This document shows, in pieces, positions 48,751 to 62,696 of a stretch of DNA of 64,000 nt. The translations under genes were made by a program, and so were the position numbers. The notes beneath the pieces were generated by a model. The model ran no database searches. It was not told the origin of the DNA and saw only the letters and a list, made by a program, of their open reading frames with translations. The stretch comes from Basidiobolus meristosporus CBS 931.73 (Eukaryota > Fungi > Basidiobolomycota). Each line of letters opens with the position of its first letter. The stretch's first letter is position 1. The stretch spans positions 62,001 through 126,000 of the forward strand of contig MCFE01000061.1 of the NCBI GenBank assembly GCA_002104905.1, written 5' to 3'.

Positions 48751-50029
48751 ATGTCAAAAAATTCCTCTTCCTTGCATCTTTTTGCCGGTGCTACTTCAGG
48801 CTTTTTTGCCTGTGCACTACTTCAGCCACTTGACTTGCTGAAAACCAGAATGCAGCAACAGCAGCAAATTTATACCGATTCGAGCATATCAAATAATAGG
48901 TATTTTGCGACAACTTGTGGCTCCTCATGATCCACAGTGCTAATCCAACCTGGTTGTTGTAGAACAATACTCGGAACAGTGAAGCAGATTCTAATCAAGG
49001 ACGGGATCGCCGGTCTGTGGAGAGGAACAACCCCTACAATATTCAGGTGAGCCGGTTTTCGAAACGGCACTTCGTCTTTCTACTTAATAATAGACAATTG
49101 CTACCTCAGGAATGTTCCTGGCAATGGTCTCTATTTCATGATGCTGAATCACTGGCGCGAGTTCTACAGTAACGCCATACCAAAGCTCTCGGGGCGACCA
49201 GAGAGTTCGAAAAGTACAGTCAATTTGCTGTCAGGCGCTTCAGCTAGATCCTTTACGGGGTTTCTGGCCATGCCTATAACTATAATTAAAGTCCGATATG
49301 AGGTATGTAGACGTTTGAGGGAGGGTGATGGTTTTCTTGGTGATAACCCAGGAGTCATAGAGTGACATGTACCAATACAAAAGTATTCAAGAGGCTATCG
49401 TCTCCACATCGAGAAGCCACGGGCTGCGAGGTATGATAAGTTTGGAGTATGAATTGTATTTAACATATTAAAGGCGAAGCACTCCTGTAGGCTTTTATGC
49501 TGGTTATGGGGCTACAGTTATGAGAGATGCTCCACTAGCCGGTATCTACGTGGCAGCATACGAACAATTCAAAACTTCACTAAATGGTAAGAGCGATTTC
49601 TTGACTACGTTCTTTTAGCCACGCCGCAATATTCATGATACTTGATAGCATTAGACTCGAAGAGAAGCTTCAATATCCCTGTCCAGCTAATTAATGGCAT
49701 TTCGGGTATCTTTGCCGGGATTACCGCTACTACTCTAACACATCCGTTCGATGTATTAAAAACCCGAATGCAACTTCAACCAGAGGAGTACCGAAATTCT
49801 GTACAATCCGTCATCAAAATCCTCCAAGTAATATGGATATCATGCCTTTACTCATGTCACAGCTCGACTAACTGTCGCCTCTTCATTGCAGGAGGAAAAT
49901 GTAACTGGTCTCTTCAAAGGGCTGGTCGTTCGTTTAATGCGAAAACCTCTGAGCTCTGCCATCACCTGGGTAGTGTACGAAGAGTTTCTTCGGCTAACCA
50001 ACCATAGAACCAACCAGATGGCGAGCTAG
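48751..50029 (+). CDS. HEM25: Mitochondrial glycine carrier (SLC25A38/Hem25-like), multi-exon
   Basis: Three carrier signatures: [33 protein letters not shown]. Also [39 protein letters not shown]. Confidence 0.92.
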
Positions 50030-51230
50030 TTGGTGCTTGATTTGTTTTCTACGTAGATCAGTCAGTTCTCCAGAGCACATCAACCTTTTGCAATTCTCAC
50101 CTTATATCCAAGCTCTCACTTCATCGTGCACCCTTAAATTCCCCTTTCAATGTAAAATAGTCGACAATTTCCTAGAAGCCACCTAATCCCTTCAGCCGTA
50201 ACTTCCAACGCTCAAATGCACGCATGCTATGTCTAGGTTTTATTGCGGTTTCCAATACCAGCTCACAACCGTGTTCAAAAAAAATAAACCGCCTAAATTT
50301 TAGAATCATCTACAGTGTATTCGTTTCGTGCCATTTCTCTGTGGCCATTGCGAATATACAAACTCCGGCTGGGCCCACATACGTGACGCTTCCAAGCGAC
50401 GGACTTAACCGCGAGTACGCAATCGACCACACAACAGGTCAGTTTTATGCGCCTGGTTCATTTCTTAAGCACAGATATGCTTATCATGGAATTGGCACCT
50501 GGAATAAATAGGTGATCAATACAGTTTGTTGGGTGCCATCTTACTGAACCACAGGCTCGGAATTTGACCACATCATGCAAGTTAACCTGTGATAAGTGCC
50601 TTGGAGCTTACTGCGCAATCGACCAGCAATGCTAACGGTGGAATTCATACCTTTGAATCAGGGAGTAACAGTTACTGGCAATATCATACACGCATGCATA
50701 CCAAATTGCAACACAAGCGGTTTCCAGCTGTCTTCTGAAAATAGAGGTAACCAAGTATTGTCATGCCGCACATCCATAGAAACCAAGCTTCGTCCTGTTG
50801 GCTCCGGTATCATATACTATTGTAAGGGGACCGTCAACCGCTCAGGATACATGTGACAACCTATGTCTCACCTGAAGAAGCCTAGCAATTACCCAGGATC
50901 CTATTTTCAAATACCTGTATCTTCCTTGCTGAAGCCTCTGATGAGCTGTAGCTGCAGTCAAGTTAGCCGTGAACAATTTCTCTTGGCCAAAACAGATATA
51001 GCCCGTGAATGGGGCTTTATATGGGAGGCTGGAACGCTGTTTGCATCACCACAAGTTTACTATTGTCAATGGAATCGTATCTGGGATATGATCACTATTT
51101 TATGAAGGAGGTATACCAGAGTTGATGTATCATATAGTATGTAAAGATTAAAGTCAGCAATAATAATCAAGTGTATAGTTTGTAGGCAATTATGAAGAGA
51201 TGGATGATACAACACGGTTTCCCGTTACTC

Positions 51231-51758
51231 TTAGACCAAGTGGCTTTTAGCAAGTACAAAGAATATTGTCAACGCTACCAAGGTGGCTCTAGGTAATGCG
51301 CAAAGTGATCCGTTGGAGAGACCAGTAGTGACACCTTGTCCAGGAGTCGTTCTTGACGGAGAAGAGGGGGAAAGAGAGGGTAGAGAAGCAGAGTTACCTT
51401 GTTGAGGAGGAAATATCTGGGACGAGTTGTAGCCCTGGCATAAGGCTATGGTGTCACCTTCAGCCCGAGAGCGGCTTCCCATGGCGCTTGCATCACCTTT
51501 ACAAAGATCATAGCAGGTAACCACCGCGTGCTGATACTGACACTTGCAAAGACGGGGATCTGGGAAAGCCACGCAGCCACCTTGCTTTTCGGTGTTTGTA
51601 CGAACACATAGCTCCATCACATTGAAAGCACCACATGATGGTTTTGCAGTTTCCAAGGGGCTAGTACTTGTAACGCTGGAGCTTGCCAATTGACAAAGTG
51701 TTCCCGGAAACAGCCCAAATAAAGTAAGGGCAAGGGTGATGGCCAATCCTCGCATCAT
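51231..51758 (-). CDS. Secreted, probably GPI-anchored Cys-rich / Ser-Thr-rich protein (175 aa, intronless)
   Basis: Hydrophobic signal peptide, 8-Cys domain (residues ~42-107), Ser/Pro/Thr linker, hydrophobic C-terminal tail. Confidence 0.85.
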   Translation of the reverse strand: MMRGLAITLALTLFGLFPGTLCQLASSSVTSTSPLETAKPSCGAFNVMELCVRTNTEKQGGCVAFPDPRLCKCQYQHAVVTCYDLCKGDASAMGSRSRAEGDTIALCQGYNSSQIFPPQQGNSASLPSLSPSSPSRTTPGQGVTTGLSNGSLCALPRATLVALTIFFVLAKSHLV

Positions 51759-52961
51759 TGTAAAATCCTGTTGGTATGATATGTAGGTATTAAGCTATCT
51801 AGTGGATGACTGAAGATGAGAGGAATGAATACGGAATTGAGTGTCAGAGCATCCTGTGGCGCTAGAAGGAGAGCTTATATAATTTATGTTCTTGAAACGA
51901 AGCAACTTTAACCTCACCCTGCTGCACAAAGCAACTACGATCGCGACCTAAATAGGTAGGGCGGCGCGAACAAAATCAGGGATGCATTATCATTGAACTT
52001 GACCAAAAGCTCACCAATATGTAACGGAGGCTTTAATTGACCCTACTTCACAGATTATCCAAAAGTGTTTCAGAACTTCAGATATATACCCGCGTCTGTG
52101 CCGAGGAAACCAAACAGCCCTCGGGAAAGCCTCTAGAACAGATTAAGCGAGAGTGAGGTAGACTAAGCTCCGTCTCACATAATCGACAGAATATGATGCA
52201 GGGCTAGCCATGCCTCAACAGGAGAGTAGAATTGGGAATACGTAGCCAAATAGTTACTAGTACCTGTGAAAATGATGGACACTATCTCTGCGCGGACGAT
52301 TGGCACCAACATCCTTTGAGATGATTACTATGACCAAGCGAACGTATGTAGCTACTTGATATTTGACGCTGAGGTTCTGAGCTCGAATGTTTGTGTGTTC
52401 ACCCGAGAAGCACCCGTTTAAATGGTATCATTACTCTGGATTCGTTACTTCTCTTGATGCTGCAAAATTGGCAAGAGTGATGCTGAGTCTTTACACGACT
52501 GATCAAGATGAAAAAATCAGCCATAAATAGTAACAAACTAACCAGCAAGGTTACGCATTGTTGCCAACGCCACAGTTCCCTAGTATGTAAACAAAAGCAC
52601 ATTGCCAGCAAACGTCACTATTGCGACCAGGACGTGGTCACTTGTCTTTCCAATACACATCAATATATTAACAGATGCTTCCCTCCCCGATGGGCTGGGT
52701 AGCATTCATCAGTGCATATGCCCTCCACGAGCACCTTTGACCCATACGAACAGTAAATCGTTTTTACATATCTTTCTCATTGAACATAAATTCCATAATG
52801 ATACACGACCACAGACACTTCGAAAATAAATAGATTCACTCATACAGCGAGGTACTCTTTAGAAAAAAATCTATTCATAAATTTGAACAAATTGATGAGG
52901 AGGAGCGGTTTAAGAAAGACGAGTGAAGAGGGTGACCTAGGTAAACTTGCAAAGTGGTAAA

Positions 52962-53624
<663 letters not shown>

Positions 53625-54147
53625 TTTGTGTTCAAAAGTGGGTAAAAAGTACACAGAAGACGAAAAATCTTGAGGGGATGAATTTGCCCGCTTAATACTC
53701 ACCGGGTGCGAATGACCTTCGAGCTTGTGGAGGTCTAGGCGCCCCTGTCTAATGAATAAGAATCAACTTGGATCTTTGCAGGGGTGGTCGTATTCATGGA
53801 AAGAAATCGATTAATCCTCATGATCATTAGAGCATATAGTCAGTAATGGCACGAATTAGAGTTTAGAATTCGCTCAATTCGGCTAAACTTTAGCCGCTTT
53901 CATTCGATCATACCCAAGTTCATACTATGAAACAATGATTGCGTGAGGGTGCTACGTATTCATGTCACATTCAAGAAAATTCCATCAAATTCCAGACGTT
54001 TCCAAGGCGTTCCTAACCATTCAGTTGATTTTTAATCCCGTATAGCGTGACACTACGATAATTTTTATGGTCAAGAATTGACGAGTAAACAAGTATATCT
54101 GACTTGATGATTGCTGAAATCCAATATTATCAGGGCCAGTGATGTAT

Positions 54148-56330
54148 TCAGGCGGCTAAGTTGGACAGAGTGCTGGTAATCTTGGCGAGCGCTTGATGTA
54201 TTGATGTTGGACAGTTACCTGAGATTAGATTTCTTGAGTGATTAACTACTGAATTAAGGATTGATTCCTGTTTAATACTAGTATCAGAGTCCCTTGTCTG
54301 GTCGTTTAGCCAAGACATCAAATAGGGGTAATTTTGCTTTCCCAGCACTCGTTTTTGAACTCTTAACCAGCCAAAGTGGGCTTTCCGGCATGTTCTAAGA
54401 AGACTCAAACTATTCGGTAGTTTACACTATTTTGACTGTGCTTAGTATAGAGTCGTGTTATGTCATAAACATAGAGCGACACATACAGAACTCTTCTTTG
54501 GGACGTTTGCAGGACCTCCGTTAAGATATTGAAGTGGTCCATTGCAAATAGCTGTATACAATCGGTGCACTTTTCCCACACGAACTGCTTCACTCCGAAA
54601 TCTACTTTCGAAAAAGATGCCGACTTGTTTAGTTAATCTTCATCAAGCACAACACAAATTGCAATGCTTGTGATATTTGTAAGAAGGGAATGTAAACCAG
54701 GCAAGTGACTGGATTAGTTGAGGTTCTACATACGTCATCCGGATAACAACACTTCTGCCTTGAGAGCACTAGGCTAAATCATATATATGCAATATAGTAA
54801 AGAACAAGCCCTGTACGTCGTGATCAGAGTGGTTATTGGTGTAGATTCGATTACTACTTGAGTCTACTGATATGAATAAATGGAGTGGAAGGTTACACAC
54901 TCGCCAGTGGAAATCAACCTTTCGAGATTTGGAAGTCAACAGTATAGTCGGACAAGGCAGGCTTTGGTGTTGCGCAGAGCATTGTTGACCAAACTGCCAT
55001 ATTCATACATGGGAAAACGAAACATCTCCCACGCAAGTGATTTCCAGATCCCAAGAGTTTATCGGTTGTTGATGGGCGGGATTTGTAAACGTCAAGTAAA
55101 CCAGCATATGGTTAGCGTCTCAGGGCAGCGGCTAGCAGCAGCAGGTTCATGATATGGATCAAAACACATCCCCAAGGGTACATATCGTACACCTTTGTGT
55201 CAAACTGATACATCCATTTAGCGATGAACCTGACGAGCCTTGGATGGTGCTCTGCTCTAACTTTGTTGATCTCTTTTGCAAGCTTGCGAGGAACATATGG
55301 ATACGACCAGCTTTGATATTCCCTCAAAAGGCCCTGAGAGCCACAGAGCAAATAGCGCATAGAAGACGAAGACAAACAAACCAATAGATTTATTCTCATG
55401 AGTGATACCCCATCACCAGTTCATAAGCTCATATGATATGCTTAGATACATCGAAATGGTACAAGTCCATCTCTGGAGCTGATCTGTGTAGATAAATTAC
55501 GTGACAAAGTCTGTAGTGCATATACTTTGGTGCGTCCAATGTAGTAGAAATGAAGTGAATACCGTTTGGTGTATATGAGTATGGTTGACGATATAAATCA
55601 AGAGGGCACTGGAATTCTGGGTGCTCTTGACCGTAAAGTGTACCTTTAAGATTCAGTTGGTTAAACCGTATCCTCGTTTTTTCTATCCAAGCTCCATATG
55701 CTGAAGAATTTATGGTTAATATTGGATGAGTATTTTTCTGCTATCCTCGCATCATATCCCTTACACACTGCTCCTTATCAGCAATACAGCCTCATTGCAG
55801 ATAAGACATTTGTAGAAGATTCAAACAAAATTCCCATGGTGTGGCTTATATATATGTATGCTATGACTAGTCTATACGGGGATAGTTATGTAATGTTGGT
55901 GATTGTATCGCATCAGTTTACCTGGCAATCTTAGCAGGTACATGTAGCCCGAGGCCGTATAGGAACGCACTGACACGTCAAGTTTATGAAAGAAGTCTTA
56001 TTTGCATCCGGCATGTGTAGACCACGGTAAAGAGAGACCATTGGTGCCAGTACGGAAGTTGGGATTTCGTTTAGCAGACCATACTGTAGTGTAAGGGCGG
56101 CATTGAGCAGTGCGCAAATGAACCAATGTTCTATACATAGACGCTTGGCTGACGACCAAATGACCATGAGGTTACATGTGCTTGGTATATTACAAACATT
56201 GATCTTCACTTGCCTCAATTCAATATAATTGGTAACCCCGGCCGGTATCTGCCTTTCAATAATAGGGAGCCAAAGGCTGCACAGTGGTCGTATTGTTTTG
56301 GCTGCCCACATTTTGCCATTACACTGAATC
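54148..56330 (-). CDS. Probable multi-exon gene of unknown function; 5' limit uncertain
   Basis: Protein-like ORFs 55931-56332, 55112-55399, 54405-54593 and 54148-54408. The last two splice in frame through a GTATGT..AATAG intron. No family recognised. Confidence 0.4.
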
Positions 56331-56598
56331 ACTTGGAAACCGGTTGGGAAATTGCCAGACGTGCTATTGCAGTATTAGGTCATCACTCAGCCCCACTAGA
56401 ACGCATTCAATTATCTGACCATCCCAAGTACAAGCCACATCTAGGAATTGTCAACTGATCCAGATCATTATTTGGATTTTTCAGCGTAGCAGTATCTTAG
56501 GAATCTCACGGTTCTCACTTGCCATCATGCTTACACATCTGACCGTGTTTAAACCCCACAGATAGTTATTTAGCTATTTCTGGCTCTTACACTAACAG

Positions 56599-58585
56599 AT
56601 GATATTGCCATCCTTTCATAATCATCATCGCATAACACCTCAGTCGGAGAAGATGGCTCCCCTCATGGAAGTCAGGCAAACTGTGGAGTCCTTGGCATCT
56701 GGTGCCACGAGGTGGCAGCTGTTCTACCAAGCAAGAAGCTTCAGAAGAATGGGAATTTTCGAGACTTCTAATTCGAGATGACTCCAGTGTACTTTTGCCT
56801 AGCACCGCCTCAAGTCACTGAATCCCGGGAATCATGGAGATTTCCCCCGACGAATGCATCTTTGCGCTTCACGGATATATAATTCTCTATTTAGCAAGGA
56901 ACACAAAACCAAGTTTCGCTACAATCATGCTCGCCTGAGATCTACTCACAAAATAAAAGCACTCCTTGAACCTCCATTTAAGCCATTATTTTCCTCGGTG
57001 GTTTCCTGCGTTGCTCTGCCTTGCACCGCCTGAACGACCATTGCTCGGAACTTTGGATATAAATGATGGCGTAGTCAAGTGTTGCAACAGACCTTTTATC
57101 CTCTGGTGTAGGCCTACATGGAGATACACCGCATTGAGCGTGCAGTTTCAGTTCGTGACTTTCGTGATCATGCTGATTTCGTGATGGCGCATGTATCAAT
57201 TCCAGAGTATTCACATCGTAGAATCAATGCGGCTGAATTCGCCGGTTATTTGACAATTGCAAATCATGTTTATATATCTATGATCTACTAGTTTATCACT
57301 TGCATGCTGGACTGCTTCATTGTACTCCGCCTTTTGTCAGCCGTCCGCTCTGGATCCTGTTTCAGGGGAGCCGGTGACCATATTTCTCCAGAGCTCATAT
57401 TTAATCTCGACTTCGCGTACCAGCCCACTAGTATAACCGATCAAGTCCTCGATCAATCCCCTTCCTTCGAGTTGGATCGCGGCGTATCCTTTGCATCGTA
57501 GTCGTTAGCATATCTTACGCTAGTTAGGTATTAAGCGGGCAGCAGACTCATGACTCGTCCAGGTTCAAAGAGGAAGAACACTCCTGTTTCATCCAAAGTG
57601 ATTAGCAAGATAAAATTTCTTGAGATAGATGGAATGGAGATGGCATGCCAGCTAACAATCCTGGATTCGTTTCTCTTCAACCGCATTACGCCAATTGAAT
57701 GTATCTACAAAGCATGGTGCCAAAAGGAAGAGTGGATGGCCTCGAACATAAAGATGTGCCTTCGAGTACATCGCCAGGTAGTTGACTGTCCGCGATAGAG
57801 CTGGTATCCACGCACTAAACGTCGGTCTTTTCGCTAGATCACCAACTGGTTCGCCAGAGCTATTCTCTTGGAGAAAGACACCATTCGGAGGATAGCCCTG
57901 ATTGAGCATATCATCAATATAGCTAATGTAAGAAGCTTATCAAGTTCCCGAGCCACGCCTTATATTCACCTTGCTTACACCGCATAGCGATGCCACCTTC
58001 TCTTCAATTTCAATACCACCATGGCCATATTGAATTGCCTGTCATTGAAGCAAGTCCAAAATCTTAAGCAAACCTGGCAGGTAACGAGTAGTTGATACCA
58101 GAGAATGCTACGATGGTGCTCTGACTATGCCCGATATCAGTTTGTCAATCCAAAGGCTAAAGCTACACTAGAGCATCTCTATCGCTTCATGGACCCCAAC
58201 AACAACTTCAGGGAGTATAGAGAGAAGCTTAAACGGTTGTCCCAAGAACAAATCATTGCTACTGTCCCGTTCCTAGGTGAATCTACCTTTGTCTATGTTG
58301 GTGGGAGTCATACTGAATTCGAACGTCATTTGTGTAGAATTGCTACTACAAGATTATGAAGGAAAGCCGGAATTTGACGCCTCGGAAATGATCGAGGAGG
58401 TCGAGACATTTCAGCACACATACAACATATCACCCATTCCTGAGATCCAAGCTTTTATTGATCTGTGCTTACGCGAGCATGGCCATCAGAAAGATTTTGA
58501 CCGATTGGCGATAATGCTTGATGAGGATGTCAATGATGAGAACCTATATTTATTTATGCTAGGAAATCCGCGGCTCACTGTCTAG
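56599..58585 (+). CDS. Ras guanine-nucleotide exchange factor (CDC25-like RasGEF domain), multi-exon; 5' end uncertain
   Basis: FLEIDGMEMACQLTILDSFLFNRITPIEC, ITNWFARAILLEKD, FNFNTTMAILNCL, MDPNNNFREYRE, VPFLG. 56599 is preceded by CTAACAG (branch point plus acceptor), so an upstream exon is likely. Confidence 0.85.
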
Positions 58586-58957
58586 TTGATCAATATTGTC
58601 CAGAAACACCATATTTGGACTTCGTTGATAGGTGACTTGGAGAGTTTGCTATCCTATTACTCTTTCGAGCTCTCCTGCTTTGCAAGGAGCGGTGCTTGAA
58701 TGTTACTGTGAAGCGGTTATATCCCACATACAAAATAGGCACAGGGGAACGTGGTGGTATAGAGAGTCAAGTTGCTAATAAAATACATTGTAAAGAGCAG
58801 CTTGGGATATCTCAGTTATATGCCATGCTGGATACTTACTAGATGGCGCATATTTGGTACGGAATTTGTAGACTGGATCACTCTGGTAGAGTATGGATTG
58901 ATGGATAATCCAGGTTTATTGTCAGTTGTGTTCAATGGCGGCAGCAACAAAACACAA

Positions 58958-60508
58958 TCACAATTTAGAGATGTAAGGAAATGGTGGCAATGGCTGCAAG
59001 TCCAATAACCTTTTATAGATGGTTACAACGCATGCCGACCCAAGGCCGAAATTATGTTGCAATGCTGTAAAAGCACCTGGCACCTGCCTTTTCCCCGCTG
59101 CGTTTCGCAATTGCCAACACAACTCGGCACATTGCGCCAGCCCTGTAGCTCCTATTGGATGCCCTTTAGATTCCAATCCGCCCGACGGATTTACTACCCA
59201 CCGCTTTCCTAGCAAAGCATAAGCACCACCATGCTCGTTTGTCTTCCACACCATCTCGTCCACTAGCTTCCCAGCCTCACCTGGTTTACACAGACCCAAC
59301 GCCTCGTATAGGAGCAACTCTGTAGAAGAAAAGCAATCGTGAAGCTCAATCACATCAATATCATTTACGGAATACCCGGACTCATCGTAGCATGCCTGAG
59401 CGGCCCTTTGCGCCATGGAGTAGCCACAAAGGTTAGCTAAATCAGTACCGAATGAATCAGATGTATCTGTTGACATATGTTGAGCCAGTATCTCTACAGC
59501 CGTGGACTGCAAATTGTGAGCTCTCACAAACTCTTCAGAGCAGACCAGAACCGCAGCCGAGCCATCAGCAGTAGGCGCAGCCATGGGAGAAGTAATGAAA
59601 TCCGCCAGCAATCTCCTCTTGTTTTTGATTACATCCAAGGGGATTTCGCCTTGAATCATTGCATGGGGATTATTGATAGACTGCTTATGGTTTTTGTAAC
59701 TGATCATTGCGACTTGATCAAAGGTAGTTCCGTAGCGCCTAGAGTGCTCAGTCGCTGCCCCACTAAACATATTTATCACCCCTGTGGTCATGCTATTCAT
59801 ATGCTCGGATATAGGAGCATTGGTCCCACCCAGCCTCAAAACGGTATCGAAATGTCGTTGCACTGGAGATTCGCGGTCGCTGTATTTGATCGTTAGACCA
59901 CGCTACAAATCGGAAACCGCACAGGATCAGCAATACCCCTTTATCAACAACACAAACATCTTCCAAATACCTCCATCTTCTCAAAGCCAATAGCCAAAGT
60001 ACACTGATACCCGCCTCGTATCAGATCCCTAGCCAGCATCAAAGCAGAAGAACCGGAGCTACAATTGTTGTTCACGTTGAATATTGGAATTCCCGTCAAG
60101 CCCAGCTCGTAAACCGTACGTTGTCCTGAACCCCCACATTAGCCAATATACAAAAGCCTGTACAGATTCAAGATGGTGTCGGTTTACCACAAGTAGGTTC
60201 ACCGTAACAATAGCTGCAAACCGCGGCTTCCACCAGCTCATATTTTATTCCAGCGTCTGCTAGAGCCTTCTGACCAGCCTCCTTGCCCAGTTCTATAATT
60301 CCCCCAAATGTGTCCAAGAAGTAAGTATATGAACGAAGATATTGAAGCGTATGAAAGGAAACAACCAAAGTATTCTTTTTTGGTGGTTAGAGGGCGCTCG
60401 AACCTAGACAATAAACCGCAGATTTAGTGGAGTCATGGGTGGGCGCAAGTCAGGAAGTGTGCAGGCTCACTTTGTTAACCCTACTCCAACGACAAACGTA
60501 CGTCTCAT
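58958..60508 (-). CDS. SCP2-type thiolase (SCP-x thiolase domain, no sterol-carrier domain), multi-exon
   Basis: [69 protein letters not shown]. Confidence 0.93.
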
Positions 60509-60922
60509 CGGTGAATATCAAGATATACCTTAACCATTATCTCGACAGACCCAACACACTTAAATTCCCATCAAAACGAAAAACGGTCACTAAGAGTAGT
60601 CCCCAAAAAATTGGCCATGACGTTTCTTCGAACAAATGCGCGTAGGGCGAATTAATTTAAGCATGGTAGAGAGCTAAAAACCAGGTATCAGTTTTGTTCC
60701 CACCCAAATTTCATTTGTCATACACCTTCATACGTTTACACAGGCAACCCTAACCTTGTCATGATTTTGGTTTTGAATCAGGTTTGATGGGTTAGTCACG
60801 GATGAGATACAGGACTAAGCTGGGGTAACATGAGAATCATGTTGGCAACTTAGGAGTCAAAATTCGGATTTATTTCATAGTGTATGACGATTAAGGATGA
60901 CCTTTGGAGGTCTGGCTATTGA

Positions 60923-61496
60923 CTAAAACTTTGTAATAACGGCTACGCTACCAACCAGCCCTACACACCCGCATAGGCGCACAATGGTGGCTTTTCGCTT
61001 GGGTACTCCCAACAGCCCAAAATGATCTATGACCACCGAGGTAATTGCTTGTGCACTGACAACAATGCCAAGAACAGTACCGGCTCCAAGTTTTGGCGTG
61101 ATAAGAATATTGAGGAAGACAAAGAAAGCGCCTAGAATGCCCCCTATCCAGCCCCACCATGGAACCTCTAGAAGCAACAAATATGTAAGGGCTTGGGTAT
61201 TAAGTGCGCTTCCCGAAGTACTTACTTTTTAGATTTGAAAAGTCGAAGCGTGTTCCAAACCTTGTGTCGATCATGAAGTACACTGACATCAGAATAAAGC
61301 TCTCCGTAAAGGAGATTGTTGCCGATAGCGATCTCCCAATATGCCCACCAAGTGTTGCATTCACGCCTACAGAATACCAAAGAAGGTCAGCTTTTCCACT
61401 GCTTGAGGCCGAGCAACACGCTTATTCACCTGCTTGCAGCCCCAGGCAAATTCCTCCAGCTATCACCAACGGATAAACGAGTAGTTTCTCAAGCAT
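60923..61496 (-). CDS. DMT-superfamily small membrane transporter, YdcZ/DUF606-like (150 aa; exons 61496-61430, 61366-61226, 61167-60923)
   Basis: GGICLGLQAGVNATLG, VPWWGWIGGILGAFFV, PKLGAG, QAITSVVIDHFGLLG. The exons sum to 453 nt. Confidence 0.88.
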
Positions 61497-62696
61497 GCTA
61501 ACCTAGATAGTGGACTCAACTGCGCAAAGATATAGATAAGCAAATCAAGTTGACCAATATAGCTATCTGGGTAATTCATGTTCGAATACACGGTTTTATT
61601 ACTTTTTGGAGTTGAGTCACATTATCCGAATCACCATTTCGAATGGCCTCGCAAGATAATCTAATCTGAAATATACTGATTCGGTATGAGTGGAGCATAA
61701 AAATCTGATTCTGTTCGATACATGCCAGTATGTGTGGTGAAACTCTCCATCATGGTGGAAGCGGTGGTTCGTTTTTTGTTTAGATATCGCTGTTGGCAGT
61801 GTAACACAAGGATTTTCCGTGTGCTTTCGTCTCGTAGATCAGCAGTCAAACGAAATCTGCTGTGAAGTGGATTACTAGTTTTGACCTGCAAACGGTGTGG
61901 TGAAATGGCATAGACGCACTCTCGGCGCCGAGGCTATATCGCCGAGTTTGGGATTCTCATCGTATTGTGCTGTCTGTCAGACGATCACTGTAGCATCGTT
62001 GATGAAATCAGGCTTTCGTGGGTTACTTGTGTCAAGTGGTAATGGCGAGTTGAGCTCCTCGCGCTCACAATCCCAGCGTGTAAGGCCAATTTGAGTTGAA
62101 TGATGAGATTGGTGATGGTTTCAAGTGTGATACCTCCATGTCGACTCCCTATGGAGGTTGGGGGTGGAGTGTGTGTGAATCAGGGGGCTCCAATGTCTTG
62201 TAATCCAAGCTAACCTGGGTATGGTTCTCATCTAGGCGATTGTTAGACTTGGAGCTAGGACTGTTGGAGTTTCCGGGGAATAGCCGCTGGCTTGGCGTGT
62301 GATGGATGGTGCTGTGGACTAAAAGCAAGTCAAATCTTGGGTTGAATCCATTTTCTCACTTCAAGAAAACAAAATGGATATATTTGCATCCAAATCGAGC
62401 CGGTTTGCCCAGGAGTGCAATGTACAGAGGGTCAAGTTTCACATTAATACTGTGCCTCTTTGCTTCACGACCTTCTAAGAGCATACGGCATATCAAGAAA
62501 ACTGAGAATGCAGGGCCTTCGTGGTATTTGTAGTCACACCCCCTAGTCAGAAAGGAATCAAAGCGAGAACGTGCTGCCAAAATCGCGCTATAAATAAGTC
62601 ACAGAGCTTCCCATGGGGAAGTAGCCCTTCACCCCACTTCCTTGCAGATATTCAAGTCGTCTTTCCCTCGCGTATCCTGAGATATTTGAAGACATT

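Noticed and set aside
51004-51150. HHHKFTIVNG resembling a phospholipase D HxKxxxxD motif
   Set aside because: The Asp is missing, the frame has stops on both sides, and all three frames look equally protein-like.
61660-62580. Possible minus-strand gene between the YdcZ-like and MscS genes
   Set aside because: The long frame has several stops and the candidate splice sites do not join in frame.
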